Source: Bdellovibrio sp.
GTDB lineage: Bacteria; Bdellovibrionota; Bdellovibrionia; Bdellovibrionales; Bdellovibrionaceae
DNA: 64,000 nucleotides
Reading direction: 5' to 3'
Assembly: GCA_036676395.1 (NCBI GenBank)
Contig: JAKFCY010000003.1
Span: 538,330 to 602,329, forward strand
Position numbers and translations under genes: made by a program. The stretch's first letter is position 1. Each line of letters starts with the position of its first letter. Below are positions 1 to 9,932 of this stretch, one piece after another. Below the pieces are notes generated by a model. The model was not told the DNA's origin. It did not search any database and saw only the letters and a list, made by a program, of their open reading frames with translations.

Positions 1-991
1 CATAGCGAGCATCAATAGTTTCAGCAGGACGCCCTAAAGCTTTTAAGATCATTGGTTGGTTAACAATCTTCTTAAAATTTTCTCGGTCTTCAGACAAAGC
101 CAGCGAAATACTTGCTGCGGCCTGAAACGAATCTTGACCAGGGGTATAGTTTTTTAAATAAGTCTCAACACCGTTAGTTACATAGCCAAGTTTTTTTGCG
201 CGATCAAAAACATTATTTAAGGCAAAATCTACGAATTCAGGTTCGTTTAAAATTTTCTTAGAAACATATTTATGAATGAGCTGGTTTGAGTGATATAACT
301 CGCCAAGGGCAGCGCCGTCTAATTTAGCGTTAGGGCCTTTATCAGAAAACGCGATTTCGTAATCGATTTCAGATTCAGGTAATAGTGTGCGTACCGCAAC
401 CATGGCTTTTAAAACTGAACGGGCCATTGCGAAATATTTTTCAACTGAAGCTGCATCTACATAAGGACGATCAGGGTGATGCCAAAAATGTGCATGGCCT
501 AATTCAGCTACTGTACCTGCGTGAGCAAATGAATCTTCTAAGGTATGAAGACCCGCAGAGATCTTCATTAAGTTACCTTCCATTAAACCTTCAGTGAAAA
601 GTTCTGTCGCAAATTCATGATCTGCTTCTGTTTCTGTATAAGTATTTAATTCAATTCCAGAAGAGGGATCTTGTTTCAATAAACCCGCGAATCGGGTCAT
701 TGCATCTTGAGGATTTAGTTTATTTGCTAATGGATCTCCCGGAAAATGTAATAGGCGGCGTTTTTTAATACCTGTAGCAGGCAGAATAATCATACTTAAA
801 GGATCAGAAATATAAGACTCATCCATCCATTGTGCGCCTAAAGCCAGCTTAAGTGCCACATTGTGTTTGATGCCGGCAAAACGGGCCATCGAGTATGTTC
901 CATAAAAGTGAGTATCGACATCATAAGCTGATGCAGAAACTGAAACTAATAAGATCGCTGGCATTATCAATTTTTGAATAAGTTTTTTCAT
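1..991 (-). CDS. Secreted DUF6765-like / Zn-dependent phospholipase C-nuclease-like protein (3' end outside window)
   Basis: Not in the ORF track; translated by hand from ATG at 991: MKKLIQKLIMPAILLVSVSASA|YDVDTHFYGTYSMARFAG...WMDE...LHFPG...GLHTLEDSFAH. Signal peptide plus His/Asp metal-ligand motifs. Confidence 0.7.
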   Translation of the reverse strand, partial: MKKLIQKLIMPAILLVSVSASAYDVDTHFYGTYSMARFAGIKHNVALKLALGAQWMDESYISDPLSMIILPATGIKKRRLLHFPGDPLANKLNPQDAMTRFAGLLKQDPSSGIELNTYTETEADHEFATELFTEGLMEGNLMKISAGLHTLEDSFAHAGTVAELGHAHFWHHPDRPYVDAASVEKYFAMARSVLKAMVAVRTLLPESEIDYEIAFSDKGPNAKLDGAALGELYHSNQLIHKYVSKKILNEPEFVDFALNNVFDRAKKLGYVTNGVETYLKNYTPGQDSFQAAASISLALSEDRENFKKIVNQPMILKALGRPAETIDARY

Positions 992-1194
992 ATCCTGATA
1001 ATGTGCAAAATATAAACCCTTCTAGATCAATTACACCAGTTTTGGACTGTCAAAGATCTGAACAGAGCCGTTAGATTGTCATCGCCTGGGCGGCCCGTCT
1101 CAGAATGAGATTCAGATATTTTCGCAGGATATTAACATATGACAAGTCTAGCCAACCTGAACTAGCGTGGCTGGTATTAAGCCTTTGGGGGGTT

Positions 1195-1827
1195 ATGAAA
1201 TCATCATTAGTTATTGCCACATTCATTCTAACTTTCACTGCAGTTTTAAGTGCTTTTTCAGCTGATGATCAACGCGTAAGAGCCGGATTATTCGAAGTGC
1301 AAAGCGCGTACAGCCAAACACAAATTTTATTTAACGAAGTTACACCTCAACAAAAAGAACGTGTTCGTTATATCAGTCAAAAATTAGCGCTTGCTGAGAG
1401 CTATTTACAACAATCGCTAAATCAGCTTCCGCCAAATCCGCCGCATCAAGAAGCGAATGTAGAATTATTTCGTAGTGATTCATGTAGCAGTGATTTAGTC
1501 GCTGTTGTAAATTCGACGACAGATTGTTCGCGATTTAACGATACCGAATCAGTTTGGGCGATTCGGGTAAATAACAAATGCCAAGATATCGACGACACAA
1601 ATTTAATGATGGGCTGCCGGGCATTTAAGGCGATGAATTCACCCCGTGCCGTGAAGCTTTACCACTCGGATACTTGCCGTGATTCAATGATTGCGGCGAT
1701 TGATCATAACACCGCTTGCGAAAGCTTGACTGGCTTAGAAAATGTTTGGGCTATTCAAAGCAACGGACAATGCCAAGACGTCAGTGATCTTGATGTTGTG
1801 ACTGCTTGTAAGAGATTTAAGCCCTAA
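1195..1827 (+). CDS. Secreted Cys-rich protein with two ~60-aa internal repeats
   Basis: Signal peptide from ATG 1195. Repeats VELFRSDSC...VWAIRVNNKCQDIDD and VKLYHSDTC...VWAIQSNGQCQDVSD. Confidence 0.75.
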   Translation: MKSSLVIATFILTFTAVLSAFSADDQRVRAGLFEVQSAYSQTQILFNEVTPQQKERVRYISQKLALAESYLQQSLNQLPPNPPHQEANVELFRSDSCSSDLVAVVNSTTDCSRFNDTESVWAIRVNNKCQDIDDTNLMMGCRAFKAMNSPRAVKLYHSDTCRDSMIAAIDHNTACESLTGLENVWAIQSNGQCQDVSDLDVVTACKRFKP

Positions 1828-2000
1828 ATAAAATTTATCTCTAAATCTTAACAAAATTGCGCAAATCATTTGCGTGAATATGGGCATTTGGTCTAACCAT
1901 TGACATTATTATTAGTAAACTTACTCTAACCCCCAATTCAGGGGGTGACGCTCTCTCAAGTTGACCTCAGACTATATAAATAAAAAGGCGTCTAAATTGG

Positions 2001-2738
2001 ATGAAGATGCTCACCAAGAATGCTATAAAAGATAGCCTCCTGATGACAACTTTAAGAAAGAGTAGCTTGAAAACATTAGCTGAATTCGCACAGAGCATTT
2101 GCTTAGTCATAGAAGATAATACAACCCAATTTTTATCAAAAGTAGTGACCTCGGCCTTTCCGGGGATTTCTGTGCATTGTACACCTTCTATAAAAGAAGC
2201 TCAAAGCTGGTTACATGAGCGCACGACAAATACAAAACGGACTCCATTGTATTTAGCCTTAGTTGATTTGGGCTTGCCTGACGGATCCGGCTTAGAAGTG
2301 ATTCGTTTATTAAAAGAAAAAGAGCCACATACACAGTCTGTTGTTGTGACGATTTATGAACAAGATAAATATCTTTTCGAAGCCTTAAGTGCGGGAGCAG
2401 TTGGTTATCTACTTAAAAAAGATGATCCAAGTTTGTTATCGGATATTTTAAAACGCATTTTACATAACGAACCCCCATTATCACCATCGATTGCAAATCG
2501 TTTGATTGAATATTTTCGCGAACCTGAAAAACATAGCACAATTAAAACTGAGCTAACCATTCGTGAAAGTGAAACTTTAGCGCATTTAGCTAGGGGATTA
2601 ACCGTGGCCGAAGCAGCTGCACGCATGGGTTTAAGTGCGCAGACTGTAGCGGGTTATGTGAAAGTTATTTATCAAAAGTTACATGTCTCTAATCGCGCCG
2701 AAGCAACACGCGAAGCCATTCGTCGCGGCCTAGTCTAA
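2001..2738 (+). CDS. NarL/FixJ-family response regulator (REC + LuxR HTH); start may be 2043
   Basis: VIED, LVDLGLPDGSG and GAVGYLLK receiver motifs; LTIRESETL...GLSAQTV..Y...IYQKLHV LuxR HTH. Confidence 0.9.
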   Translation: MKMLTKNAIKDSLLMTTLRKSSLKTLAEFAQSICLVIEDNTTQFLSKVVTSAFPGISVHCTPSIKEAQSWLHERTTNTKRTPLYLALVDLGLPDGSGLEVIRLLKEKEPHTQSVVVTIYEQDKYLFEALSAGAVGYLLKKDDPSLLSDILKRILHNEPPLSPSIANRLIEYFREPEKHSTIKTELTIRESETLAHLARGLTVAEAAARMGLSAQTVAGYVKVIYQKLHVSNRAEATREAIRRGLV

Positions 2739-2817
2739 TATGCCATAGCGACCCCATTACGCCGGGACTTTTTTACCGGTAAATTCTGTTTTATGGAATA
2801 CGCCGCACAAGGCCTGA

Positions 2818-2833
2818 TGGCCCTGTGCTTGCT
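2818..2833 (+). promoter_or_regulatory. Putative sigma54 -24/-12 promoter
   Basis: TGGCCCTGTGCTTGCT (GG-N10-GC), about 50 nt upstream of ATG 2885. Confidence 0.55.
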
Positions 2834-2884
2834 CCTCTTTGTAAAATTAGGCAAAACACCTTTTACGAAAGACGGAGTTCTCGT

Positions 2885-4153
2885 ATGTTCAAATTATTTA
2901 AAAGATTTGTCGTGATCATAGCATCACTTTATTCAACCCAAGTTTTCGCTGATGCTGTGCCTGCTTGTTACGGCTTTACCGTCGCTGAAAGCCCAGAAGC
3001 TGATGCGGCAGTGGTCGAAAATAAAGAGATCTGGTGTTACCAGCAATTAAGTCATCCGCAAGGTATGCTTTTTGTTTTTAATGCTGATAGTGATACAATT
3101 AAGCCTGAATTGGCATTCACAGTAGATGCGGGCGGAGTCATGACTCATGCTTCGATGGTGCAAGGCCGGCGTTCGGTTCACAAAGTTTTAGTTAAAGAAT
3201 TTAATCCGTTTTCAATACCAGCGAATGAACCAAAAGGTTTGCCATCGCTTGCGCCACAATATTTAAATCACAAGATGCTAAGTTCAGCCAATGAAGCTTT
3301 ACGCGTGTTATCCACGTCACGCTCAACATTAGCATCGCTAGCAATCGACACAGGCACTATCGTTGAAGATGCTGATATTAAACCCTGGCGTGGATATTGG
3401 TGGGCTTACAACGGGCGTCGTTTATCTAACGGATCAAATTCTCCGATGGCCAAATATGATCGCTTTGTTAAAGCCAGAACTGGGTCAAACCCAGGGGCGC
3501 AGTCATGGGAAAATTCGCGTCATCGTTATCACGGCATTAATTGGGAGGGTCATTGTAATGGGTGGGCGGCAAGTTCAGTTTTACGCTCAGAACCTAAGGC
3601 TTCAAAAATTGATCAACAATCAGGAATGATTTTTTCGGTGTCTGATCAAAAGGGTTTATTAGCTGAAACTGATTACTGTGTAAAAATCGCATTTTTTGGT
3701 AATCGATATCGCGGCTCAAACAGCAATCGTCGCGATATTAATCCAGCGTTATTTCATAAAACTTTACGTTACTACATTGGTAATTTAAAAAAACCAGTTG
3801 CTGCAGATTACAAACAACTAGCCGAAGTGGATAATCATGTGATTTCTGGCTACACGATGACTATCAAACAAACCGGAGAAAATACTTATTCTGTGAAAAC
3901 CCAAATTCGTATTCACAAATATGATAAGGGCACTAGCTCAGTTCCTGGAGAAGCTCCCATGTATACGCGTACCTATTCGTATCGTTTGCGTGAAGCTGCA
4001 GATGGAAGTTTAACCGGTTCATGGATATCCACTAATCCAGACTTTTTATGGGTGCCGTTAGCCAGCGAAGATTGTAACAATAACAATCCACGTATTGATC
4101 ACGCCCGAATTCAGGAAATGTTAGATTTACCTGAAGTTACTTCTGATAATTAA
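2885..4153 (+). CDS. Secreted transglutaminase-elicitor (GP42)-like protein
   Basis: Signal peptide; PWRGYWW, SPMAKYD, WEGHCNGWAASS, DINPALFH and NPDFLW motifs. Confidence 0.7.
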   Translation: MFKLFKRFVVIIASLYSTQVFADAVPACYGFTVAESPEADAAVVENKEIWCYQQLSHPQGMLFVFNADSDTIKPELAFTVDAGGVMTHASMVQGRRSVHKVLVKEFNPFSIPANEPKGLPSLAPQYLNHKMLSSANEALRVLSTSRSTLASLAIDTGTIVEDADIKPWRGYWWAYNGRRLSNGSNSPMAKYDRFVKARTGSNPGAQSWENSRHRYHGINWEGHCNGWAASSVLRSEPKASKIDQQSGMIFSVSDQKGLLAETDYCVKIAFFGNRYRGSNSNRRDINPALFHKTLRYYIGNLKKPVAADYKQLAEVDNHVISGYTMTIKQTGENTYSVKTQIRIHKYDKGTSSVPGEAPMYTRTYSYRLREAADGSLTGSWISTNPDFLWVPLASEDCNNNNPRIDHARIQEMLDLPEVTSDN

Positions 4154-4178
4154 TATTTTATTTAGTATCTTTATATTT

Positions 4179-4212
4179 ATTGCTCCTTAGGGTTTCTGAG
4201 GAGCAATTTTTT
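4179..4212 (+). terminator. Intrinsic terminator
   Basis: ATTGCTCCT...AGGAGCAAT stem followed by a T-tract. Confidence 0.7.
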
Positions 4213-4270
4213 CGACTTTAGGCCAGCCCTAGACTTTGTCTTTCACTTTAAATTCTGCCAAAATTAATGA

Positions 4271-4837
4271 ATGGTAAAAAAAATAATTTCATTCTTATTC
4301 TGCACTGTTTTAGTCTCAATAGCTTCAGCCAAATCCGTAGTTGCAGAACTTGGATTATTTTATTTCACTGATGATTTATCTTCGACAAGCAGTTTATCTA
4401 CTTCACGCACAATCTATGATGTTTCAGTATTGATGACCTCTGAAGGCCGCAGACTTTTAGGTATCGGCTGGAATTACGTGGGTGTTTCTTCAGAAGAAAG
4501 TGCTGCGACAACGACTTCATATTCTTCAACCGAGACTGGCCCAAAATTCACCTACATGTTTGGTCGTGAACAAGATTGGTATGTGGGTTTAGCTTATAAC
4601 TTACTGGCGAAAGCTCAATTTTCAGATGCTAACGGCGAAGCCGAATGGCGCGGAACTTCACTTAAGGGTGAATTCGGATTTATACCTAAGATCAATAATC
4701 GTATAAATGCCGGGGTAAAGCTTGTTTACCACCAAGCTAGTTATAACGAGCAAATCACGAACACGACGACTTTGACTCAGACGACCAATACAAAAACCAT
4801 GATTTATCCAACATTTTCGCTGGTTTTTAAGTTTTAA
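4271..4837 (+). CDS. Outer-membrane beta-barrel protein
   Basis: Signal peptide, alternating amphipathic strands, C-terminal Phe (FSLVFKF). Confidence 0.75.
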   Translation: MVKKIISFLFCTVLVSIASAKSVVAELGLFYFTDDLSSTSSLSTSRTIYDVSVLMTSEGRRLLGIGWNYVGVSSEESAATTTSYSSTETGPKFTYMFGREQDWYVGLAYNLLAKAQFSDANGEAEWRGTSLKGEFGFIPKINNRINAGVKLVYHQASYNEQITNTTTLTQTTNTKTMIYPTFSLVFKF

Positions 4838-4959
4838 AAACGCCTTTAACGGCTACTCAGCTGTAAAATCTTCAATAGCAGTTTCTTAAAGGCTTTACGG
4901 TTTGCCTCTGGGCGCAGACTCCCTTATTTTTTGGGTTCGTTTTACTCGGGGGAGTTACT

Positions 4960-5634
4960 ATGATTAAGGCCTTTATTTTGACTTTCATTTTTGCGTTAAG
5001 CACCCAAGCCCAAGTGTGGGATCCTGCAGTTGATACCTTAACTATACCGACAGATTTTTCAGCGCGTGAATTTAACGAATCTGATTTTCAAAACTACCCG
5101 TGGTTAAAAGAATTTAAATTAGTTGTTGTGATTAATAAAGCCAACTCTGGTAACGACCGCCAAACATTACGTGTTTTTGAAAATCAAAAAATAATTATGC
5201 TTACAAAAATTTCTTCAGGCCGCGAAGAGTACGAAAAAGGCTGCAACCCTGGTCAAGATCCGAAAAAAGATCACTGTTCAAAACGCGCTTACTGGTCAAC
5301 AACCCCAGTAGGGTATTTTGACGTTGATACATTAGACGAAAATTATTTTTCTAACCTATGGCAAACTTGGATGCCGTATGCGGTATTTTTTGAATCAGGT
5401 ATAGCGACTCACCAAGCCCCGGCGGGTACCGAAGGTAAATTAGGCGGTCGTGCTTCTGGCGGTTGCGTAAGAATGCATCCAAATATGGCGCCGGTGTTAT
5501 TTAGTTATGTGCAAAAGGCTGGCAAAGGTTTAGTTCCGAAAGTAAATCGCGATGGCTCGGTGGCTAAAACTAAACAAGGTGACACAGTTCGCTGGCAAGG
5601 TTACAGAACTTTGGTTATTGTACAGAATAAATAA
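4960..5634 (+). CDS. L,D-transpeptidase (YkuD family)
   Basis: KISSG, TPVGYF, MPYAVFF, GIATH...GGRASGGCVRM catalytic His/Cys motif; signal peptide. Confidence 0.9.
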   Translation: MIKAFILTFIFALSTQAQVWDPAVDTLTIPTDFSAREFNESDFQNYPWLKEFKLVVVINKANSGNDRQTLRVFENQKIIMLTKISSGREEYEKGCNPGQDPKKDHCSKRAYWSTTPVGYFDVDTLDENYFSNLWQTWMPYAVFFESGIATHQAPAGTEGKLGGRASGGCVRMHPNMAPVLFSYVQKAGKGLVPKVNRDGSVAKTKQGDTVRWQGYRTLVIVQNK

Positions 5635-5651
5635 TTTTAGAGGATTGGCCG

Positions 5652-6341
5652 TTGAACTTACAAGAACACTTAAAAACTAAAGAGCAAGATCGCAATTTTA
5701 ACTGGGACGAAAAATTTTTTAAGTTGTTCAGTGAAGTCGAAATCGGTTTGGTGTCTAACGATCCACAACAAGGCCCAGATGGTTGGCCGTATTTAATTTG
5801 CCAAACATTAACCCCAAATAATCAAAGCCAGTTCGATGGCGATCGTATTGAACATTCGCAAAAAATCATGAAATGGTGTTCAACTAAAGGCATTGGTTTA
5901 GTGGTAAACCCACAACGTGAACCTTACCCTGATTACGTTTTTTCTTACGGCATGATTTGGTCATTTATTGAAACTGGATATTTCATGCGTCCTGATTTGG
6001 CGCAAGCTTCAGGAAAAGTAGAATACCGCAACGATAAGATCTTCAGCGGTGAGCCGACAGAGCAGTATCTTCCGTTATATGTACGTAAAGTTTTAAAAGA
6101 TTTTTTTAATGACCAGACGGTTTTTAATCCGAAAATTTTAATGATTTCTCCGGATGAAAAAAATTATGACTTAGCGTTCTCGCTTGAATCTCTTGGCAAC
6201 CCACCAGAAAATGAACACGCGGGCATTGCCGAAGCGATTTCATGGTTCTTACCACCGCATTACTCGGTGGTGCTGGTCAGTGAACAAGGTCTGCCAAAGT
6301 TTACTGAGCTATTAGGTAGCCCAGCTAAACTTATGAATTAG
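5652..6341 (+). CDS. Hypothetical protein (possibly SseB-like)
   Basis: 229-aa ORF, RBS GAGGA before TTG; GPDGWPY and WFLPPHY motifs. Confidence 0.6.
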   Translation: MNLQEHLKTKEQDRNFNWDEKFFKLFSEVEIGLVSNDPQQGPDGWPYLICQTLTPNNQSQFDGDRIEHSQKIMKWCSTKGIGLVVNPQREPYPDYVFSYGMIWSFIETGYFMRPDLAQASGKVEYRNDKIFSGEPTEQYLPLYVRKVLKDFFNDQTVFNPKILMISPDEKNYDLAFSLESLGNPPENEHAGIAEAISWFLPPHYSVVLVSEQGLPKFTELLGSPAKLMN

Positions 6342-6753
6342 GTAATAAATCAATTAAACATTCGCGCCAGTATTCAGGAGCATCAGTACTGTAATCTACA
6401 GCGACCTGAAATCCTTTTTTACCTAAGAACTTAGTGCGGGCGACTGTTCCTGAAATTTCAAGATCCATTTCATGAATCGTGAAATACACCTTATGGCCTA
6501 CTAAAGAATCTAAATTTAAATTTGCGCGTAATTCTTTTTTAATAAAGTCTTCACGCTTAAAATTAATTAGAATCCCTGAAGCAGAGGCTTCAATAATTTC
6601 GCCGTATTTTGCAATCTTTTCTAAACTTTCCAGCGAAGAAAAAGAATCCAGTGTTAATGGAGTAATTTCTTTGCGGGGAGCCTGTCTGATTTTTCTTTGT
6701 GTTGCACCCATAATTTTTGTCTGCTCAGCCTTAGGTTGAACATCCTTTCGCAT
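6331..6753 (-). CDS. Hypothetical protein, possibly PilZ-like beta-barrel
   Basis: RQAPR and EASASG resemble the PilZ RxxxR and D/NxSxxG motifs. Confidence 0.5.
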   Translation of the reverse strand: MRKDVQPKAEQTKIMGATQRKIRQAPRKEITPLTLDSFSSLESLEKIAKYGEIIEASASGILINFKREDFIKKELRANLNLDSLVGHKVYFTIHEMDLEISGTVARTKFLGKKGFQVAVDYSTDAPEYWRECLIDLLPNS

Positions 6754-6821
6754 AACTAACTCATCGGGGGATACTAGACCAAGGTTGAGGGACGGCTGAT
6801 TGAATTATTTTTAAAGGTCTA

Positions 6822-7400
6822 TTAGAAAAAAAAGATTGTCCAATTGTGATCCAAAATGCGCTGTGTATAGCCCACATTGTGTTTCAACTTGATACCATTT
6901 GGTGCTTTCGCATGGAATTTGAAAGTATCTGCAAAGGTGCAGGGTTGCCATTCACCAACAACGGCTTGTGACATCACTTCTAGTGATAAGGCTTTGAAGA
7001 CTGCTTCTTTAGCAGTCCACAGATAATCTGTGCCCGGAGCTTCTTGCATTTCGATTGCAGAAGATACGCGTTGAATAGTTTTAGTTAAAACTCGTTCGCT
7101 GCGTTCGATATCCATTCCGATAATTTGATCAGACTGAACATAGCCCCCAATTTTATCTGAATGTGAAATTGAAAAATTCCAATCAGCCGTTTTCGGGCGC
7201 TGATTTAAATCTAAAAGTAATTCGTTTTCTTTTGCCGTTAAAACATTACTTTCAACAATGCCCATACGAATATTTAATCTAAAGTTAGGATTTTTTGAAC
7301 TGAACTCTTCTAAAATTAAACCCGAAGCCATAAGGCCGCTGTCGCGTTCAACAAACGCCGCAAACTGATTAAATAAGTCAGTGAACGACGGATTAGCCAT
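6822..7400 (-). CDS. 4'-phosphopantetheinyl transferase (Sfp/EntD-like)
   Basis: FSISHS, IGMDIE and WTAKEAVFKA motifs. Confidence 0.9.
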   Translation of the reverse strand: MANPSFTDLFNQFAAFVERDSGLMASGLILEEFSSKNPNFRLNIRMGIVESNVLTAKENELLLDLNQRPKTADWNFSISHSDKIGGYVQSDQIIGMDIERSERVLTKTIQRVSSAIEMQEAPGTDYLWTAKEAVFKALSLEVMSQAVVGEWQPCTFADTFKFHAKAPNGIKLKHNVGYTQRILDHNWTIFFF

Positions 7401-8364
7401 TAAACTTTGCCGGCCATTCTACGGGTTGTTGGCTTGTGATCTTCATCATACGATCAAGTGATGCGTAAGCTTTTAAACGCAGATTTTCATCAAGCTTAAC
7501 TTCAGGTTTAAAATGCGTCAGGGCATGATGAATTTTTTGTAGATTATTTAATTTCATAAACGGGCAGTCATTGCACATGCAGTTTTCATCAACCACCGGG
7601 GCTTGAATTAATTCAGCATCCGGACGCAGTTTTTTCATTTGATGAAAAATTCCGGTTTCAGTGGCTACGATAAATTTATTAAATGATTTATTCTTTTCAA
7701 CTTCTTCTAATAAACGTGAAGTCGAACCAATAACGGTTGCATATTTTAAAATCTCATCATCACATTCAGGATGCGCGATCACTTGGGCATCAGGGTGTTC
7801 TTGAATAAGTTTTTTTAAGCGTTCGGCATTAAATAAAATATGCACCTGACAAGCTCCAGGCCATAAAATGAATTCGCGATTTAATTGTTTTGATAACCAT
7901 TTACCTAAATGCTGATCCGGCCCAAATAGAATGCGGCGATCTTTAGGAATTGATTCAACGATTTGTTTGGCGTTGCTTGAAGTAATAATCACATCAGAAA
8001 TTGATTTCACTTCAGCTGAAGAATTAATGTATGTTACACAAATCGCATCCGGGTACTGGTGGCGCCATGCTAAGTATTTATCATAAGGCGCACCTTCGAC
8101 TAACGAACAGCCTGCATTCAGGTCAGGAACAAGAACAGTTTTTTCAGGATTAAGAATTTTCACACTTTCAGCCATAAAAACAACGCCGGCTAAAAGAATA
8201 TTTTTATTGGGAACAGTTTGGCCCATTTTAGAAAGATAAAAACTATCACCCACATAATCAGCGATATCTTGAATCACACCATCTTCATAATAGTGCGCAA
8301 GTAGAGCTACATCTTTTTCTTTTTTAAGCTTTTGAATTTCAACGATCAATTGGGCATCGTTCAT
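7393..8364 (-). CDS. nadA: Quinolinate synthase
   Basis: LLAHYY, VGDSF, GVVFMAE, AGCSL, YINSSA, AHPEC and CPFMK motifs. Confidence 0.97.
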   Translation of the reverse strand: MNDAQLIVEIQKLKKEKDVALLAHYYEDGVIQDIADYVGDSFYLSKMGQTVPNKNILLAGVVFMAESVKILNPEKTVLVPDLNAGCSLVEGAPYDKYLAWRHQYPDAICVTYINSSAEVKSISDVIITSSNAKQIVESIPKDRRILFGPDQHLGKWLSKQLNREFILWPGACQVHILFNAERLKKLIQEHPDAQVIAHPECDDEILKYATVIGSTSRLLEEVEKNKSFNKFIVATETGIFHQMKKLRPDAELIQAPVVDENCMCNDCPFMKLNNLQKIHHALTHFKPEVKLDENLRLKAYASLDRMMKITSQQPVEWPAKFNG

Positions 8365-8378
8365 GTGGCTCCCGCAAC

Positions 8379-8972
8379 CTAAACTGTCGATCCACCCTTA
8401 AGAGTCTGGATAATCGATTTAGACATCATTTTGAAGCTCTCAAGTACACCTTTGCCTTCGAAGGCACAAGCTTCAATTTCCTGAGCGTTAAAACGATTTA
8501 AATGTTTGCGCAATTCGCTGATGGGTAACGCTGTAGGAAGATCACGTTTATTATACTGTAAAATTAAAGGAATATCTTTGATGTCATAACCCTGTTGGAT
8601 CAAGTTTTTCTCTAAATTATCAAGCGCTTGAAGATTTTCATCTAAACGATCAGCTTGTGAATCAGCCACGAAAATAATGCCATCAATGCCTTGAAGGATC
8701 AGCTTACGAGTCGCATCGTAAACAATCTGGCCTGGAACGCTGTAAACATGAAAACGTGTTTTAAAGCCACGAATTTCGCCGATATCCAGCGGTAAAAAAT
8801 CAAATAACAAAGTACGTTCAATTTCAGTGTTTAAAGCCATCAGCTTTGATTTCTGATCTTGCGCTAAAGATTGGTACATCCATTGGATGTTTGTCGTTTT
8901 ACCGCCCAGTGATGGCCCGTAATAAACGATCTTGCAGTGAATTTCTTTAGCATTGTAATTAAATAAAGACAT
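8379..8972 (-). CDS. mglA: Ras-like GTPase MglA
   Basis: KIVYYGPSLGGKTTN, R53-TLLFDF, VPGQ82 and NKRDL; lies directly downstream of recR. Confidence 0.95.
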   Translation of the reverse strand: MSLFNYNAKEIHCKIVYYGPSLGGKTTNIQWMYQSLAQDQKSKLMALNTEIERTLLFDFLPLDIGEIRGFKTRFHVYSVPGQIVYDATRKLILQGIDGIIFVADSQADRLDENLQALDNLEKNLIQQGYDIKDIPLILQYNKRDLPTALPISELRKHLNRFNAQEIEACAFEGKGVLESFKMMSKSIIQTLKGGSTV

Positions 8973-9587
8973 TTAGAGTTCAATCCTGTTCTCTAAGGCG
9001 CGACCCATAGTGCGATCGTCGATAAAATCAATATCTGAACCAATCGGAATTCCGTGTGCAATGCGTGAAAGCTTAATGCCTTTACCTTGAAATGTTTTAG
9101 CTAAGTATAAAGCTGTGGTGTCGCCTTCAAGATCTGCATCAAGAGCAAGAATAACTTCTTTAATAACTGGGCCATCGCCATCAACCCCTTTTTGGATTTT
9201 GGCCATGAGCTCTTTAATTTTTAAATCTTTTGCTGTGATTCCTTCTAACGGAGATATAACCCCGTGAAGCACATGATAGCGGCCGCGAAAAGCGCCCGAA
9301 GATTCAATACGAAAAATATCTGAAGGTTCTTCAACCAAACAAATTGAATCATTGCCGCGATGTGGGTCTTCACAAAATTTGCAAAGTTCACGATCGGTGT
9401 AGTTGTAACACTCAGGGCACGAATGCACTTCGGTTTGCACACGAAGCAAAGCTTCAGATAATTTTTCAGGAAACGAGTCTTTAGATTTTAAAATATAGAA
9501 CGCCAGACGTTGAGCGGTTTTGGGCCCAATGCCTGGTAAGCGTGAAAGCTCGTGAACTAATTTTTCTAAAGAAGCGATATGTAACAT
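8973..9587 (-). CDS. recR: Recombination mediator RecR
   Basis: LPGIGPKTAQRLAF HhH, C4 zinc finger, Toprim domain. Confidence 0.98.
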   Translation of the reverse strand: MLHIASLEKLVHELSRLPGIGPKTAQRLAFYILKSKDSFPEKLSEALLRVQTEVHSCPECYNYTDRELCKFCEDPHRGNDSICLVEEPSDIFRIESSGAFRGRYHVLHGVISPLEGITAKDLKIKELMAKIQKGVDGDGPVIKEVILALDADLEGDTTALYLAKTFQGKGIKLSRIAHGIPIGSDIDFIDDRTMGRALENRIEL

Positions 9588-9590
9588 CGA

Positions 9591-9929
9591 TTAGAACATT
9601 CCTGGAATATTCATGCCGCCAGTAATTTTAGACATCTCTTTTGCAGATTCATCTTTGGCAGTTTTTAAAGCATCATTAACAGCAGCAGTTACCAGATCTT
9701 GTAACATTTCTGTGTCGCCAGCTTTCATAACTTCAGGATTAATTGTTAACGCTAAAACTTTATTTTCGCCGTTAACTTTAGCTGTTACTGCGCCACCACC
9801 AGCTGTGCCAGTGTATTCACGAGTTGCTAGTTCTTCTTGAAGCTTTTTCATTTTCATTTGCATTTGGTTAGCTTGTTTCATTAAACCAGCCATACCGTTC
9901 ATTCCGCCGCCGCCGCCGAAACCTTTCAT
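9591..9929 (-). CDS. ybaB: YbaB/EbfC nucleoid-associated protein
   Basis: AGGGAV and LQDLVTAAVNDA motifs; located between dnaX and recR. Confidence 0.97.
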   Translation of the reverse strand: MKGFGGGGGMNGMAGLMKQANQMQMKMKKLQEELATREYTGTAGGGAVTAKVNGENKVLALTINPEVMKAGDTEMLQDLVTAAVNDALKTAKDESAKEMSKITGGMNIPGMF

Positions 9930-9932
9930 ACG

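Noticed and set aside
385..597. 70-aa plus-strand ORF, and similar short nested ORFs across the window
   Set aside because: They lie antisense or out of frame within longer, well-supported genes.
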